41,110 nt of DNA. It comes from Escherichia phage smaasur. Within the stretch, counting starts at the first letter, position 1. Each line of letters opens with the position of its first letter. The translations under genes were made by a program, and so were the position numbers. The stretch lies in sequence record MN850625.1. One strand, 5' to 3'. Below the pieces are notes generated by a model. It saw only the letters and a list, made by a program, of their open reading frames with translations. It was not told the DNA's origin and did no database searches. Of this stretch, positions 18,338 through 25,774 are shown one piece after another.

Positions 18338-19007
18338 CCAAATGGTCGGGCATACGATTCACGTACTCCTGAATGCGTGGCAGCAACTTCTCGTGCTTCT
18401 CTAACATGTAAGCCAGACGACTCATGCTCGCATCCGGTCGGCATACACGCAGGGTCAGCAGGTCGTCGTAGCTTTCTACCAGACTGGCCAGCGCCGGATA
18501 CCACTGCACATCCTCGGCAGTCAGCTTCGGCTCATACGGGTACGCCATGAAGTCACCGGGGTCACGGCTGTACTGGCCGGAGTAGCGCGGGATACTGGAC
18601 GGGAAGTAGAACTGGTTCAGGTTGAAGTCGAACTCGTTCAGCACCTGTGACCAGCAGCCGCACTTACTGATGATGATATCGACCGGGCCAACTTTGTACA
18701 CGCCGTACAGTCGAGAGCCAAAGTCGCCGCCCTCTTCTGCGTCGTGGTAACTCGGCATGTACTCATAGGCCAGCCTGTGCTCAGCAGCCCAGTCCTCCAG
18801 CCGGGAGTCCAGCCAGTCCAGTCGGCGAGCAACGCGCTGCACGTCACCGCCCCAACCGAACACCACGATATCAAAGTCCTTCGGGTCTACACCAAGCGCG
18901 GTGTCTCGTGCCCCACCCCCTGCAACGACAAAGCTCAGCTCTTCGCCCTGCAACAGCCGACAGATTTCCTCTGCCCACACGCGCTTGAAGTCGTTATCAC
19001 TTGTCAC
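18324..19007 (-). CDS. Pol-beta-superfamily nucleotidyltransferase with CCA-adding-enzyme-like head motif
   Basis: 227 aa. VVAGGGARDTALGVDPKDFDIVVF matches the class II tRNA nucleotidyltransferase / poly(A) polymerase head signature GGxxRDxxLGxxxxDxD; a third acidic residue follows at PVDIIIS. Confidence 0.55.
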   Translation of the reverse strand: MTSDNDFKRVWAEEICRLLQGEELSFVVAGGGARDTALGVDPKDFDIVVFGWGGDVQRVARRLDWLDSRLEDWAAEHRLAYEYMPSYHDAEEGGDFGSRLYGVYKVGPVDIIISKCGCWSQVLNEFDFNLNQFYFPSSIPRYSGQYSRDPGDFMAYPYEPKLTAEDVQWYPALASLVESYDDLLTLRVCRPDASMSRLAYMLEKHEKLLPRIQEYVNRMPDHLGGTA

Positions 19008-19218
19008 TTTTCTTTCTCCCCTTGGTATAGGTGAAGTTAACCACGGCGTAGATATCTTCGGGTGCTACGTTGAAGCGTTCACCCAATGCCTCGGCACCAC
19101 GGAATGCGTCGCCCTTCCGGTACTGTGCCCGGATGAGTTCCTGCTCACGTTGGTTTAAGGGTGCCGCTCGATACGTGCGTTCTTCCATACTGTTTCGCTC
19201 CACACTTTTCACACTCAT
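18997..19218 (-). CDS. small helix-turn-helix protein (sigma-70 region-4-like)
   Basis: 73 aa; LNQREQELIRAQYRKGDAFRGAEALGERFNVAPEDIYAVV resembles the region-4 HTH pattern of sigma factors and LuxR-type regulators. Confidence 0.35.
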   Translation of the reverse strand: MSVKSVERNSMEERTYRAAPLNQREQELIRAQYRKGDAFRGAEALGERFNVAPEDIYAVVNFTYTKGRKKSDK

Positions 19219-19308
19219 AAATCACCAGCACTTTGCCAGTGGCCTTGCCCTTGACCTGCTCAGTTAGCAGGCTGCCGCCGCAAGAGCAACGACGATAGCT
19301 GCGCCCCT

Positions 19309-19662
19309 TCACCACTTGCTCGGCACTGAGCCGGACAGGTAGTTAGTCGTAGGCTTACGCTCGATGTACTGATTGTACCGCGACATGGCATCACACGCCG
19401 CCTGATACAGACGCTCAGCTTCTGCATAGCTCCAGTCTTCGTCAGTGCTCGTCGGCTCCGGCACCTTGGCTACTTCATCCAGTAGCTCCCAGCACTCTGG
19501 CCGCGCAGTCCACGAACCATAGATACCGGAACCACGCGAGCCATCGTCGCGCCGGATGCTGATGCACTTGCTGTCGATATCCACCACAGTACCAGTCGCG
19601 CCGAAGTGTACGCTCTTGGTATCACAGTTACGAACGCGGTCGCCTACCTTTATCTTGCTCAT
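19309..19662 (-). CDS. hypothetical protein with N-terminal GDRVR motif (small paralogous family)
   Basis: Start placed at 19662 (MSKIKVGDRVR), where ATG overlaps the helicase stop as ATGA. Shares an N-terminal pattern with the genes at 21647..22099 and 24363..24626. Confidence 0.5.
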   Translation of the reverse strand: MSKIKVGDRVRNCDTKSVHFGATGTVVDIDSKCISIRRDDGSRGSGIYGSWTARPECWELLDEVAKVPEPTSTDEDWSYAEAERLYQAACDAMSRYNQYIERKPTTNYLSGSVPSKW

Positions 19663-20927
19663 CACATATCCTCGAATTGACATTTATCAGCATAGAAGTG
19701 AACCTGCGAACGGACGTTGGACGGACGCCCAGCTATCTGCCGCTTGTTCTTAGGAGTGCTCACGCCGCGCCGCGCTGCCAGCGCCGGGTCGTAAACGGAA
19801 CCCAGCATGACAATCACATCGGTCGCACCTTGGATACCAGTCTTGGAATCCTTGAGTGCGTCCAGCGCGGGGAACATATCGTCGGCACCGTCTGCGGATA
19901 CCTGAACCGTAGCCAGCGATACGAAGTCATGACGTACCGCCAGCTCACGTACCTCCTGCCAGAGCTGCTCGACTTGGCTGGCCTTGTTGCTGTTAGCGTC
20001 AGCCACAGACAACTTGAAGTTTGCCAGCATATCCCACACCACGATGCAGGGATTCATTGCTTCAATCACCTGCTCCGCTTTGGCCAACGTCGCGCCGTGC
20101 ATGTCCTTCACACGGATGATGTTGGCCGGGGCATTCAACGCCTTCGCGTACTTCTCATGCAGCTTCTTCCTGTCGGCACCCAGTGCTTTTAACTCCGGGA
20201 GCGTACAGCCGAGCGCCGCTTGGTAGATGCGCGGGATGATGTTGATGCCCTGCCCTTCGTTGTTGAACCATAAGATTGGTCGGCCCGGATACAGCTTCGC
20301 TGCTGTCGCCGCCATTCTCGTAAGGTTAAACGCGATGAAGGAAGTCTTGCCACTGTCGGGTCGAGCGCCGATTGCAACGGAGTCACCGGGGAGAAGTACC
20401 CTAACGCTATCTTGCAGACACATGAGACCGAACTTGAAACCTTGGTCATCATCTGTCCGATTGATAATATCAACCACATCATCATCAACGTAATCAGTGA
20501 CAGATGACTGCCCTCGACTGCGGCGTGCGCCTTCTGCAAGGCGGCCCAGCTCATAGATGAAATCAATCTCATCGCCATTGTCGTACCTCTGTGCAAGGAG
20601 GTTAACCTTGCCTGCTGTATCCAGCTCGACTAACTGGTCGATGATGCCTTCGGTCTGCTGCTTCGTCGGCTGGTATTCCTTGAGCTGCTGGCATAGCGAT
20701 TCGAACGCAGCCATCTGCTCCGGTGTACTCCCAGTCTTGAGCCGGACGTGTGTGCCTAGCGTTTCCATATCCACGTAGTCTGAATCCGGGAACGCCTCGA
20801 AGTATGAGCCATACGCACGCAGCATGTAGCCTGTGGTCTGACTCATAGTGTCCTCTGGAATGGCATGGCGCAGGGAGTTATACTTCCCGCGCTCACGCAT
20901 GACAGAGAGCAACAGTTTGTCTAACAC
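19662..20927 (-). CDS. DnaB-like (SF4) replicative DNA helicase
   Basis: 421 aa. Walker A GARPDSGKTS; Walker B-like IVVWDMLANF; RecA-like core. No zinc-finger or primase domain in this ORF. Confidence 0.8.
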   Translation of the reverse strand: MLDKLLLSVMRERGKYNSLRHAIPEDTMSQTTGYMLRAYGSYFEAFPDSDYVDMETLGTHVRLKTGSTPEQMAAFESLCQQLKEYQPTKQQTEGIIDQLVELDTAGKVNLLAQRYDNGDEIDFIYELGRLAEGARRSRGQSSVTDYVDDDVVDIINRTDDDQGFKFGLMCLQDSVRVLLPGDSVAIGARPDSGKTSFIAFNLTRMAATAAKLYPGRPILWFNNEGQGINIIPRIYQAALGCTLPELKALGADRKKLHEKYAKALNAPANIIRVKDMHGATLAKAEQVIEAMNPCIVVWDMLANFKLSVADANSNKASQVEQLWQEVRELAVRHDFVSLATVQVSADGADDMFPALDALKDSKTGIQGATDVIVMLGSVYDPALAARRGVSTPKNKRQIAGRPSNVRSQVHFYADKCQFEDM

Positions 20928-20936
20928 ATTACCCTC

Positions 20937-21650
20937 CTATATTGTTCGCACCCTGCCACACACTCTCAGCTCACGCCTGAGCCTGTCGCTCTGTCGGTGC
21001 TGCAATGATATCACTTCATAACGATTGGCCAGCGCAACGCTAACCAGAGCGCGTACGGTGGCATCGTCGGCATTGGCTACGAACGCTGCATTGCCATCCA
21101 CTCTGTCACCACGACGAACGTGGTCGAGATATGCTGATGCACTGTCGTAAATCCATATCCCTTTGAACTCATCGTCGTCATGATTACTTACTGTCACTGC
21201 CATTAGATGGTTGTGTGGCGAGCGCCACGGAATGAACTGCCGCCCGGTATAGTCCAGACCGCAGTAGCTTGCCGAGTTGTCCGGCAAGTAGATACGCCCG
21301 TACGTTGGGCTGGCAGACAACACACTCAGGTGTGGCAGCAGCTCGTTCTTCTCCAGCGCTGGCAATAACAGACCGGGCTGTTTCGCTATCACCTCAATGA
21401 GAGGCACAACGTCAGTCGGTATCTTCACTTGCTCTTTGGCTGGCGATACATACGGTGCATGGTTGAGGGGTTTAAAATCAGAGTGGCCACAGCGATGGCA
21501 CTTGCACCATACGCCCTCGCTGTTCCGGCCATACTCAAAGTTGGTCTTATTGAATGAGCGTGAGCAAGCGTGAAACGTCCGACGCTTTTGTCCTATCGGC
21601 AGACGCCTCGCCAGCTCCGGCCATTCATCATTGCCCACTGACTTTCTCAT
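20937..21650 (-). CDS. putative DNA primase (Cys-rich zinc-binding N-terminus)
   Basis: 237 aa directly upstream of the helicase. N-terminal HACSRS...CKCHRCGH cysteine/histidine cluster resembles primase zinc-binding domains. TOPRIM motifs not confidently identified. Confidence 0.4.
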   Translation of the reverse strand: MRKSVGNDEWPELARRLPIGQKRRTFHACSRSFNKTNFEYGRNSEGVWCKCHRCGHSDFKPLNHAPYVSPAKEQVKIPTDVVPLIEVIAKQPGLLLPALEKNELLPHLSVLSASPTYGRIYLPDNSASYCGLDYTGRQFIPWRSPHNHLMAVTVSNHDDDEFKGIWIYDSASAYLDHVRRGDRVDGNAAFVANADDATVRALVSVALANRYEVISLQHRQSDRLRRELRVCGRVRTI

Positions 21651-22099
21651 TCGTTATCCCACTCCGGCTCGTACTTAACTACACGTTTCATATTGACGCT
21701 ACCCACCACACGCAATACACGGGCAGTGCAGCCGTACGTTCTGGCCAATCTCTCAGCCTCGCGCCGCGCCGACTCTTCCGTAGTGTGCTCAACCTTCGGC
21801 GGCGTAGAGCCACCTACAACTACGCACATGAACCTGCCCCGGCTCGGCTCGGCCACAGGTTCAGGCTCGCCTATCAGCACGGTGTTGGAGGTTAGCCAGT
21901 CAGATTTGTAGCGCCCTATCTCCGGCTCCGTTCTGCGGTATCCGTTCTCTGACATGTACCAATGCACGAGGTATTTGATATCACCTTGCGGAGCATCTGG
22001 CCGTGCATAAATTACAATGCCTTCTGAGCCACGGCGCGTACCACAGTTGGAGCCAACCATTCGTATGCGGTCGCCCATTGCATAGGTCTTATCTACCAT
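21647..22099 (-). CDS. hypothetical protein with N-terminal GDRIR motif (small paralogous family)
   Basis: 150 aa; begins MGDRIRMVGSNCGTRRGSEGIVIYAR, paralogous pattern to the genes at 19309..19662 and 24363..24626. Confidence 0.5.
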   Translation of the reverse strand: MVDKTYAMGDRIRMVGSNCGTRRGSEGIVIYARPDAPQGDIKYLVHWYMSENGYRRTEPEIGRYKSDWLTSNTVLIGEPEPVAEPSRGRFMCVVVGGSTPPKVEHTTEESARREAERLARTYGCTARVLRVVGSVNMKRVVKYEPEWDNE

Positions 22100-22296
22100 T
22101 TAATCCACCCCCGGTTCTGGCCTACACTCAGGCTCAACTGCATCAGACCCCAGCCTACCAGCATACCGAGCAGCGTGCCCAGTGTTGAGGTGGCTGACTC
22201 ACCGACCGCAGGGATAAGCACCAGTGATGCAAGACCCACCCACAATGCTCCCCAAATAATTATCAGAAGCAGGAACAACAATATTACTTTGAGCAT
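22093..22296 (-). CDS. small membrane protein (two predicted transmembrane helices)
   Basis: Start placed at ATG 22296 (MLKVILLFLLLIIIWGALWVGLASLVLIPAVG...), preceded by GGAGGAGA. The ORF track's longer frame begins further upstream and includes the repeated ATGAAAGTAACTGT element at 22318-22332. Confidence 0.45.
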   Translation of the reverse strand: MLKVILLFLLLIIIWGALWVGLASLVLIPAVGESATSTLGTLLGMLVGWGLMQLSLSVGQNRGWIKW

Positions 22297-22317
22297 ATCT
22301 CCTCCGATGTTGTGCAA

Positions 22318-22332
22318 TACAGTTACTTTCAT
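22318..22332 (-). repeat. repeated element ATGAAAGTAACTGTa (copy 3, 14/15 match)
   Basis: On the minus strand, 22 nt upstream of the ATG at 22296 of the small membrane protein gene. Confidence 0.55.
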
Positions 22333-22364
22333 GGTGGCATCTCTCACGAAATGCCACGAGTAAG

Positions 22365-22607
22365 TCACTTAATTGTTTCGACCTTGGACAAATCATACTG
22401 CCCGTCAGCCAGCCGTTCCGGGTACAGGAACTGCGCCCGGCCATCGGTAACACCTTCGAAGTGCAGCATCTCAGGATTGTATTCGTCCCGACCTTTGAAG
22501 ATGAACTTGCCTGCATTCACTTCCAGTGCGACCGAACAGAACACACCGCCGCTCAGCTTGTACGCGGAACCGACTTCAAGTTTGCTTTCGTCTTTGATGA
22601 TAGTCAT
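22365..22607 (-). CDS. hypothetical small protein
   Basis: 80 aa ORF in the early gene block; no motif recognised. Confidence 0.45.
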   Translation of the reverse strand: MTIIKDESKLEVGSAYKLSGGVFCSVALEVNAGKFIFKGRDEYNPEMLHFEGVTDGRAQFLYPERLADGQYDLSKVETIK

Positions 22608-22760
22608 GCTGGTACTCCCATTCTGTTTACGATACGTTGCAGGTCATCTCGTTTAGCTTCGGCCTGCCACTTTGTGTCACGGACAGCAAACGGTCTGCCC
22701 GGTAGGTCAGCGTACACCACCCACCAGTGCTTACCAGTGGGTGATTTACGCACCACTAAT

Positions 22761-23276
22761 TCAGTGGAGCGTTGCACGTTTCACCTCGCTCGCCGCCGCC
22801 AGCAGCTCACCCAGTCCTTCCTTCAACTGTTGCAGCATGGCATCCAGTACCTCGCCAGCGAACAACACACTTGCGTGCGTCTCGCTCAGGTCGGCAGGCA
22901 CATTCTCACATGCCTGATACCAGTCGTGGTAGCTGGCGTGTACCGTCTCTTCACATGCGAAACGGATAACCAGCGCTGCCGCCATGCGGAGCTGCACCGC
23001 ACGGTCTGTTTCACCTGCTGCCTCCAGAGACTTGGTGCCGAGGCCAGCCAGCAGTGTGATGTTGCGTGCGATGATGGCACCAGTACGGGTCGGCGGGATG
23101 ATATCCACCATGTCCAGTCGGCCTGCCTTAATCGCTGCCACGTACGTCATCTTTGGCAGGAAGCCGCCACGAAATTCAATCACGTCGGATACTTCCGGGC
23201 GCTCATCAATCTCTGCGGCCATGCGTTTGGTTAATTCGAACTGCTGTTTGTCGAACGTTGCGAAGTTAATAGCCAT
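22761..23276 (-). CDS. hypothetical protein
   Basis: 171 aa ORF, tightly packed with neighbours. Confidence 0.5.
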   Translation of the reverse strand: MAINFATFDKQQFELTKRMAAEIDERPEVSDVIEFRGGFLPKMTYVAAIKAGRLDMVDIIPPTRTGAIIARNITLLAGLGTKSLEAAGETDRAVQLRMAAALVIRFACEETVHASYHDWYQACENVPADLSETHASVLFAGEVLDAMLQQLKEGLGELLAAASEVKRATLH

Positions 23277-23279
23277 GAT

Positions 23280-23576
23280 TTATTTACCTTTTACTTTACG
23301 GATAGAGAACTTGTCATTCTCGTAGGCGTAGAACTCATACTCAGGAGCATGGCCTGCCTTCGTAACGACCAGTCGTTTGCCATCATACTCGACGGCACCG
23401 ATGCGTTGCACGTAGCCAGAGTACGCTACGATGTAGTCACCAATTTCCAGTTGCTCACTGGTCTTGGTCACGTACTCGAACGGCTCAGGGTCTGCAACTT
23501 CCACGCGCTGCGGTGGTGGGCCGAAGCTATCCTTCACCCACTGAACCAACGCATCCCACTTAGCACTTCTGCTCAT
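23280..23576 (-). CDS. hypothetical protein (99 aa from MSRSAKW)
   Basis: Start moved to ATG 23576, which has a GGAGGAAAGAGAGG ribosome-binding site and lies 1 nt after the upstream TAG. Confidence 0.45.
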   Translation of the reverse strand: MSRSAKWDALVQWVKDSFGPPPQRVEVADPEPFEYVTKTSEQLEIGDYIVAYSGYVQRIGAVEYDGKRLVVTKAGHAPEYEFYAYENDKFSIRKVKGK

Positions 23577-23577
23577 A

Positions 23578-23862
23578 CTATACCTCTCTTTCCTCCAGCC
23601 ATTGTTGCGCGGCTGCATACGCATCTTCATAACTTACGAAGCCGTCGAACTCATCGCCGTTCGGTGCGAGGAAACACCAGTCGAGATGTACATGTGGGTT
23701 GCCCTTCGAGAAGATTACGCAGGGGAATACACCGCCGACCGAGTGACCGCGCAGGCCGCCGTTACCAGCGCAGTGACCAAGCGTTGCGGCTACACCACGC
23801 AGATGCTCAGCCTCCCGGATTGCGCTGGCTTGTTCGATAATTGTTTCTGATGCCAGTACCAT
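23578..23862 (-). CDS. hypothetical small protein
   Basis: 94 aa ORF in the early block. Confidence 0.4.
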   Translation of the reverse strand: MVLASETIIEQASAIREAEHLRGVAATLGHCAGNGGLRGHSVGGVFPCVIFSKGNPHVHLDWCFLAPNGDEFDGFVSYEDAYAAAQQWLEEREV

Positions 23863-24024
23863 ATCGCTACCCTCTCATTAAATAATACTCGTGGTGCATG
23901 TAGTGACCGCCGAGATACACCGCCCGGCTGAACAGGTTGGGGTTGCTCGCCCCACCCAGCGCACAGTAACCAGCGTACGTTATCTGATTAGCGTGCGCAT
24001 TGTACGTGCTGCCGCCCATGCTCA

Positions 24025-24360
24025 TCACTCCCGCTCAGCTATGCCGAACAGATACATGTCGCCAGAGTACACTGTCGTCATGGTCGCCAGCCATTGCTGC
24101 ATGATGCGAACGCTCGCATTGAAGTGCTGGTCATTCAGCAGGTCAATGATAAACGGACGGCCACCAGCGTACGCCTTGACTCGCTCTATTATCTGCTGGT
24201 CAGTGGCATCCTCAGCAGTGAGGTGATGCCCCATGATTTCAAACTGGTTGAATACAACCAGACCTTCGCGGCCATCAGGCAGGAGGTAGACGAAAGCCAC
24301 AACGTGCTCGCCATCCTCAAAGTCCTTGCCGCGTTTGATGAGTACCTTGTGAATGGCCAT
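24025..24360 (-). CDS. hypothetical small protein
   Basis: 111 aa ORF; start abuts the upstream stop at 24363. Confidence 0.45.
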   Translation of the reverse strand: MAIHKVLIKRGKDFEDGEHVVAFVYLLPDGREGLVVFNQFEIMGHHLTAEDATDQQIIERVKAYAGGRPFIIDLLNDQHFNASVRIMQQWLATMTTVYSGDMYLFGIAERE

Positions 24361-24362
24361 AC

Positions 24363-24626
24363 TTACTCCACTTCGAAGTCGCCGTCGTCGTCGTAGCCGT
24401 ACCCCAGTACGCCAGCCAGTTCGCCGTTAACACCTTCGGCCTGCGCCTCATCAAACAGGACGATGAAGTCATCATCATCGGACGCCAGACCACGGTACAC
24501 ATCTGCATCCGGGTGCGCATCGAATACAGGCAGGCTCTTACCAGTATCGCCACGGTACACGACCACACCTACAGCGTTGCCGAACCATCTTGACTTAACG
24601 CGCTGACCTAATTCTAATTTGCTCAT
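24363..24626 (-). CDS. small acidic protein (N-terminal GQRVK motif, Asp-rich C-terminus)
   Basis: Start placed at ATG 24626 (MSKLELGQRVK), which has a GAGGA ribosome-binding site. C-terminus DDDDFIVLFDEAQAEGVNGELAGVLGYGYDDDGDFEVE is strongly acidic. Confidence 0.5.
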   Translation of the reverse strand: MSKLELGQRVKSRWFGNAVGVVVYRGDTGKSLPVFDAHPDADVYRGLASDDDDFIVLFDEAQAEGVNGELAGVLGYGYDDDGDFEVE

Positions 24627-24663
24627 GTTAATATCCTCAAATGGATGGGGCAGGATTGCCATA

Positions 24664-24687
24664 AAGCCAGCGCCGGAACACTGGCTT
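24664..24687 (-). promoter_or_regulatory. intergenic RNA hairpin (7-bp stem AAGCCAG/CTGGCTT, 10-nt loop)
   Basis: Perfect inverted repeat read directly from sequence, between the stop at 24703 and the start at 24626. Confidence 0.4.
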
Positions 24688-24702
24688 GAGTCAATCCCGC
24701 TA

Positions 24703-24978
24703 TTACGCAGCTTCGTCTACGACGCCGATGTGCTCCAGCTCTACGCCTTCACCCCACACACGCTTGGCTGCATCTTGCAGCTCGTGAATCTGGATACCAG
24801 ACAGGATGAAGATGAGTTCAGGCGGCACGCCTTCACGGTTCAGTTCGGCCAGCACGCCTTCGCCATCAGTCGGCTCGTTGTCGCGGCGAGTGTGAGCCAG
24901 ATAGTGGCCGTTCTTTTCCAGTGCGTAGGCCACTACGTTGTTTGATTCGGTGCCACGTACGATGTAACCATTTGCCAT
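24703..24978 (-). CDS. small acidic early protein
   Basis: 91 aa with AAGGAGA ribosome-binding site; net acidic (many D/E). Confidence 0.5.
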   Translation of the reverse strand: MANGYIVRGTESNNVVAYALEKNGHYLAHTRRDNEPTDGEGVLAELNREGVPPELIFILSGIQIHELQDAAKRVWGEGVELEHIGVVDEAA

Positions 24979-25019
24979 GATAAGTCTCCTTAGACTTTGA
25001 TTGTTGGGTGAGTACAGTT

Positions 25020-25041
25020 CAGGCCACCCGCAGATGGCCTG
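25020..25041 (-). promoter_or_regulatory. conserved stop-proximal RNA hairpin (stem CAGGCCA/TGGCCTG) with flanking GATTACTGA
   Basis: Perfect 7-bp inverted repeat with 8-nt loop, immediately downstream of the stop of gene 25049..25318. Same stem sequence recurs at 25348-25370. Confidence 0.45.
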
Positions 25042-25048
25042 TCAGTAA

Positions 25049-25318
25049 TCACTCAGCGAACGGGATGGTGCCGATGAACTCCAGCGTCACCTCGCCATGC
25101 TGTTCCTCGACGTACTCGATGTTGGCAGCTTCGGCGCGGCCAGACACGTCAAACAGCAGTTCGCTATAGGCCACCTGACCAATCAGGAAGTCCAGAATCT
25201 CCTGCGTACTTGGGTCGCCTTCTTTGACGTACGCCAGCAGGGTCAGCCCTTTCTGATTGTCCAGCAGGTAGAATACCACCTTGCCAGATGCGTCTTTGAC
25301 CAAACTCACACGAATCAT
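25049..25318 (-). CDS. hypothetical small early protein (89 aa from MIRVSL)
   Basis: Start moved to ATG 25318, which follows AAAGGAGG; the ORF track's upstream ATG at 25345 lacks a ribosome-binding site. Confidence 0.5.
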   Translation of the reverse strand: MIRVSLVKDASGKVVFYLLDNQKGLTLLAYVKEGDPSTQEILDFLIGQVAYSELLFDVSGRAEAANIEYVEEQHGEVTLEFIGTIPFAE

Positions 25319-25347
25319 GCAGCCTCCTTTGGCTTGGGATAACAATT

Positions 25348-25370
25348 CAGGCCACTCATTGAATGGCCTG
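25348..25370 (-). promoter_or_regulatory. conserved stop-proximal RNA hairpin (stem CAGGCCA/TGGCCTG) with flanking GCTAACTGA
   Basis: Same 7-bp stem as at 25020-25041, 9-nt loop; lies between the stop at 25385 and the start at 25318. Confidence 0.45.
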
Positions 25371-25384
25371 TCAGTTAGCCCAGC

Positions 25385-25696
25385 TTACTCGTCGTCAGAT
25401 TCGACGCTGTAAACCTCGTCGATATCTGCGCCTTCTACGTCGGCAGCGTCAATGAAAGGCACGCCGTTCAGCATGGCGATGAGCGCCAGCGGCATGTCAG
25501 CATCCAGACCCTGTTCACGGAAGTGCGCTTCGATTTCTTCCTTCGAGTCGCCGTCTTTGTTGATGCCTGCAATCAGGTAGCCCTGACCGTCAGTGATTGC
25601 GACGTACTGCTTGCTCTGTACGTCTTCCAGTTTGACGCCTTCACCGAAAGCAGAGGCAGGCAGGTTGTTCAGCAGGACTACAGTTAATTTGGACAT
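25385..25696 (-). CDS. small acidic early protein
   Basis: 103 aa with GGAGACTTAAC-ATG initiation region; C-terminus DAADVEGADIDEVYSVESDDE. Confidence 0.5.
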   Translation of the reverse strand: MSKLTVVLLNNLPASAFGEGVKLEDVQSKQYVAITDGQGYLIAGINKDGDSKEEIEAHFREQGLDADMPLALIAMLNGVPFIDAADVEGADIDEVYSVESDDE

Positions 25697-25743
25697 GTTA
25701 AGTCTCCAGTTGGGATTGTGGCATTATTGCCGTGGTTACAATC

Positions 25744-25767
25744 GAAGGCACTCGCTTGAATGCCTTC
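25744..25767 (-). promoter_or_regulatory. stop-proximal RNA hairpin (stem GAAGGCA/TGCCTTC) with flanking GATTACTGA
   Basis: Perfect 7-bp inverted repeat with 10-nt loop, directly after the stop of gene 25775..26311; same GATTACTGA flank as the 25020 hairpin. Confidence 0.45.
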
Positions 25768-25774
25768 TCAGTAA

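Noticed and set aside
8377-20927. Expected T7-type DNA ligase or amidase-lysozyme (gp3.5-like) in the replication module
   Set aside because: Looked for a KxDG ligase motif and an amidase signature in the ORFs of this block and found none. Absence is by-eye only and could reflect divergence.
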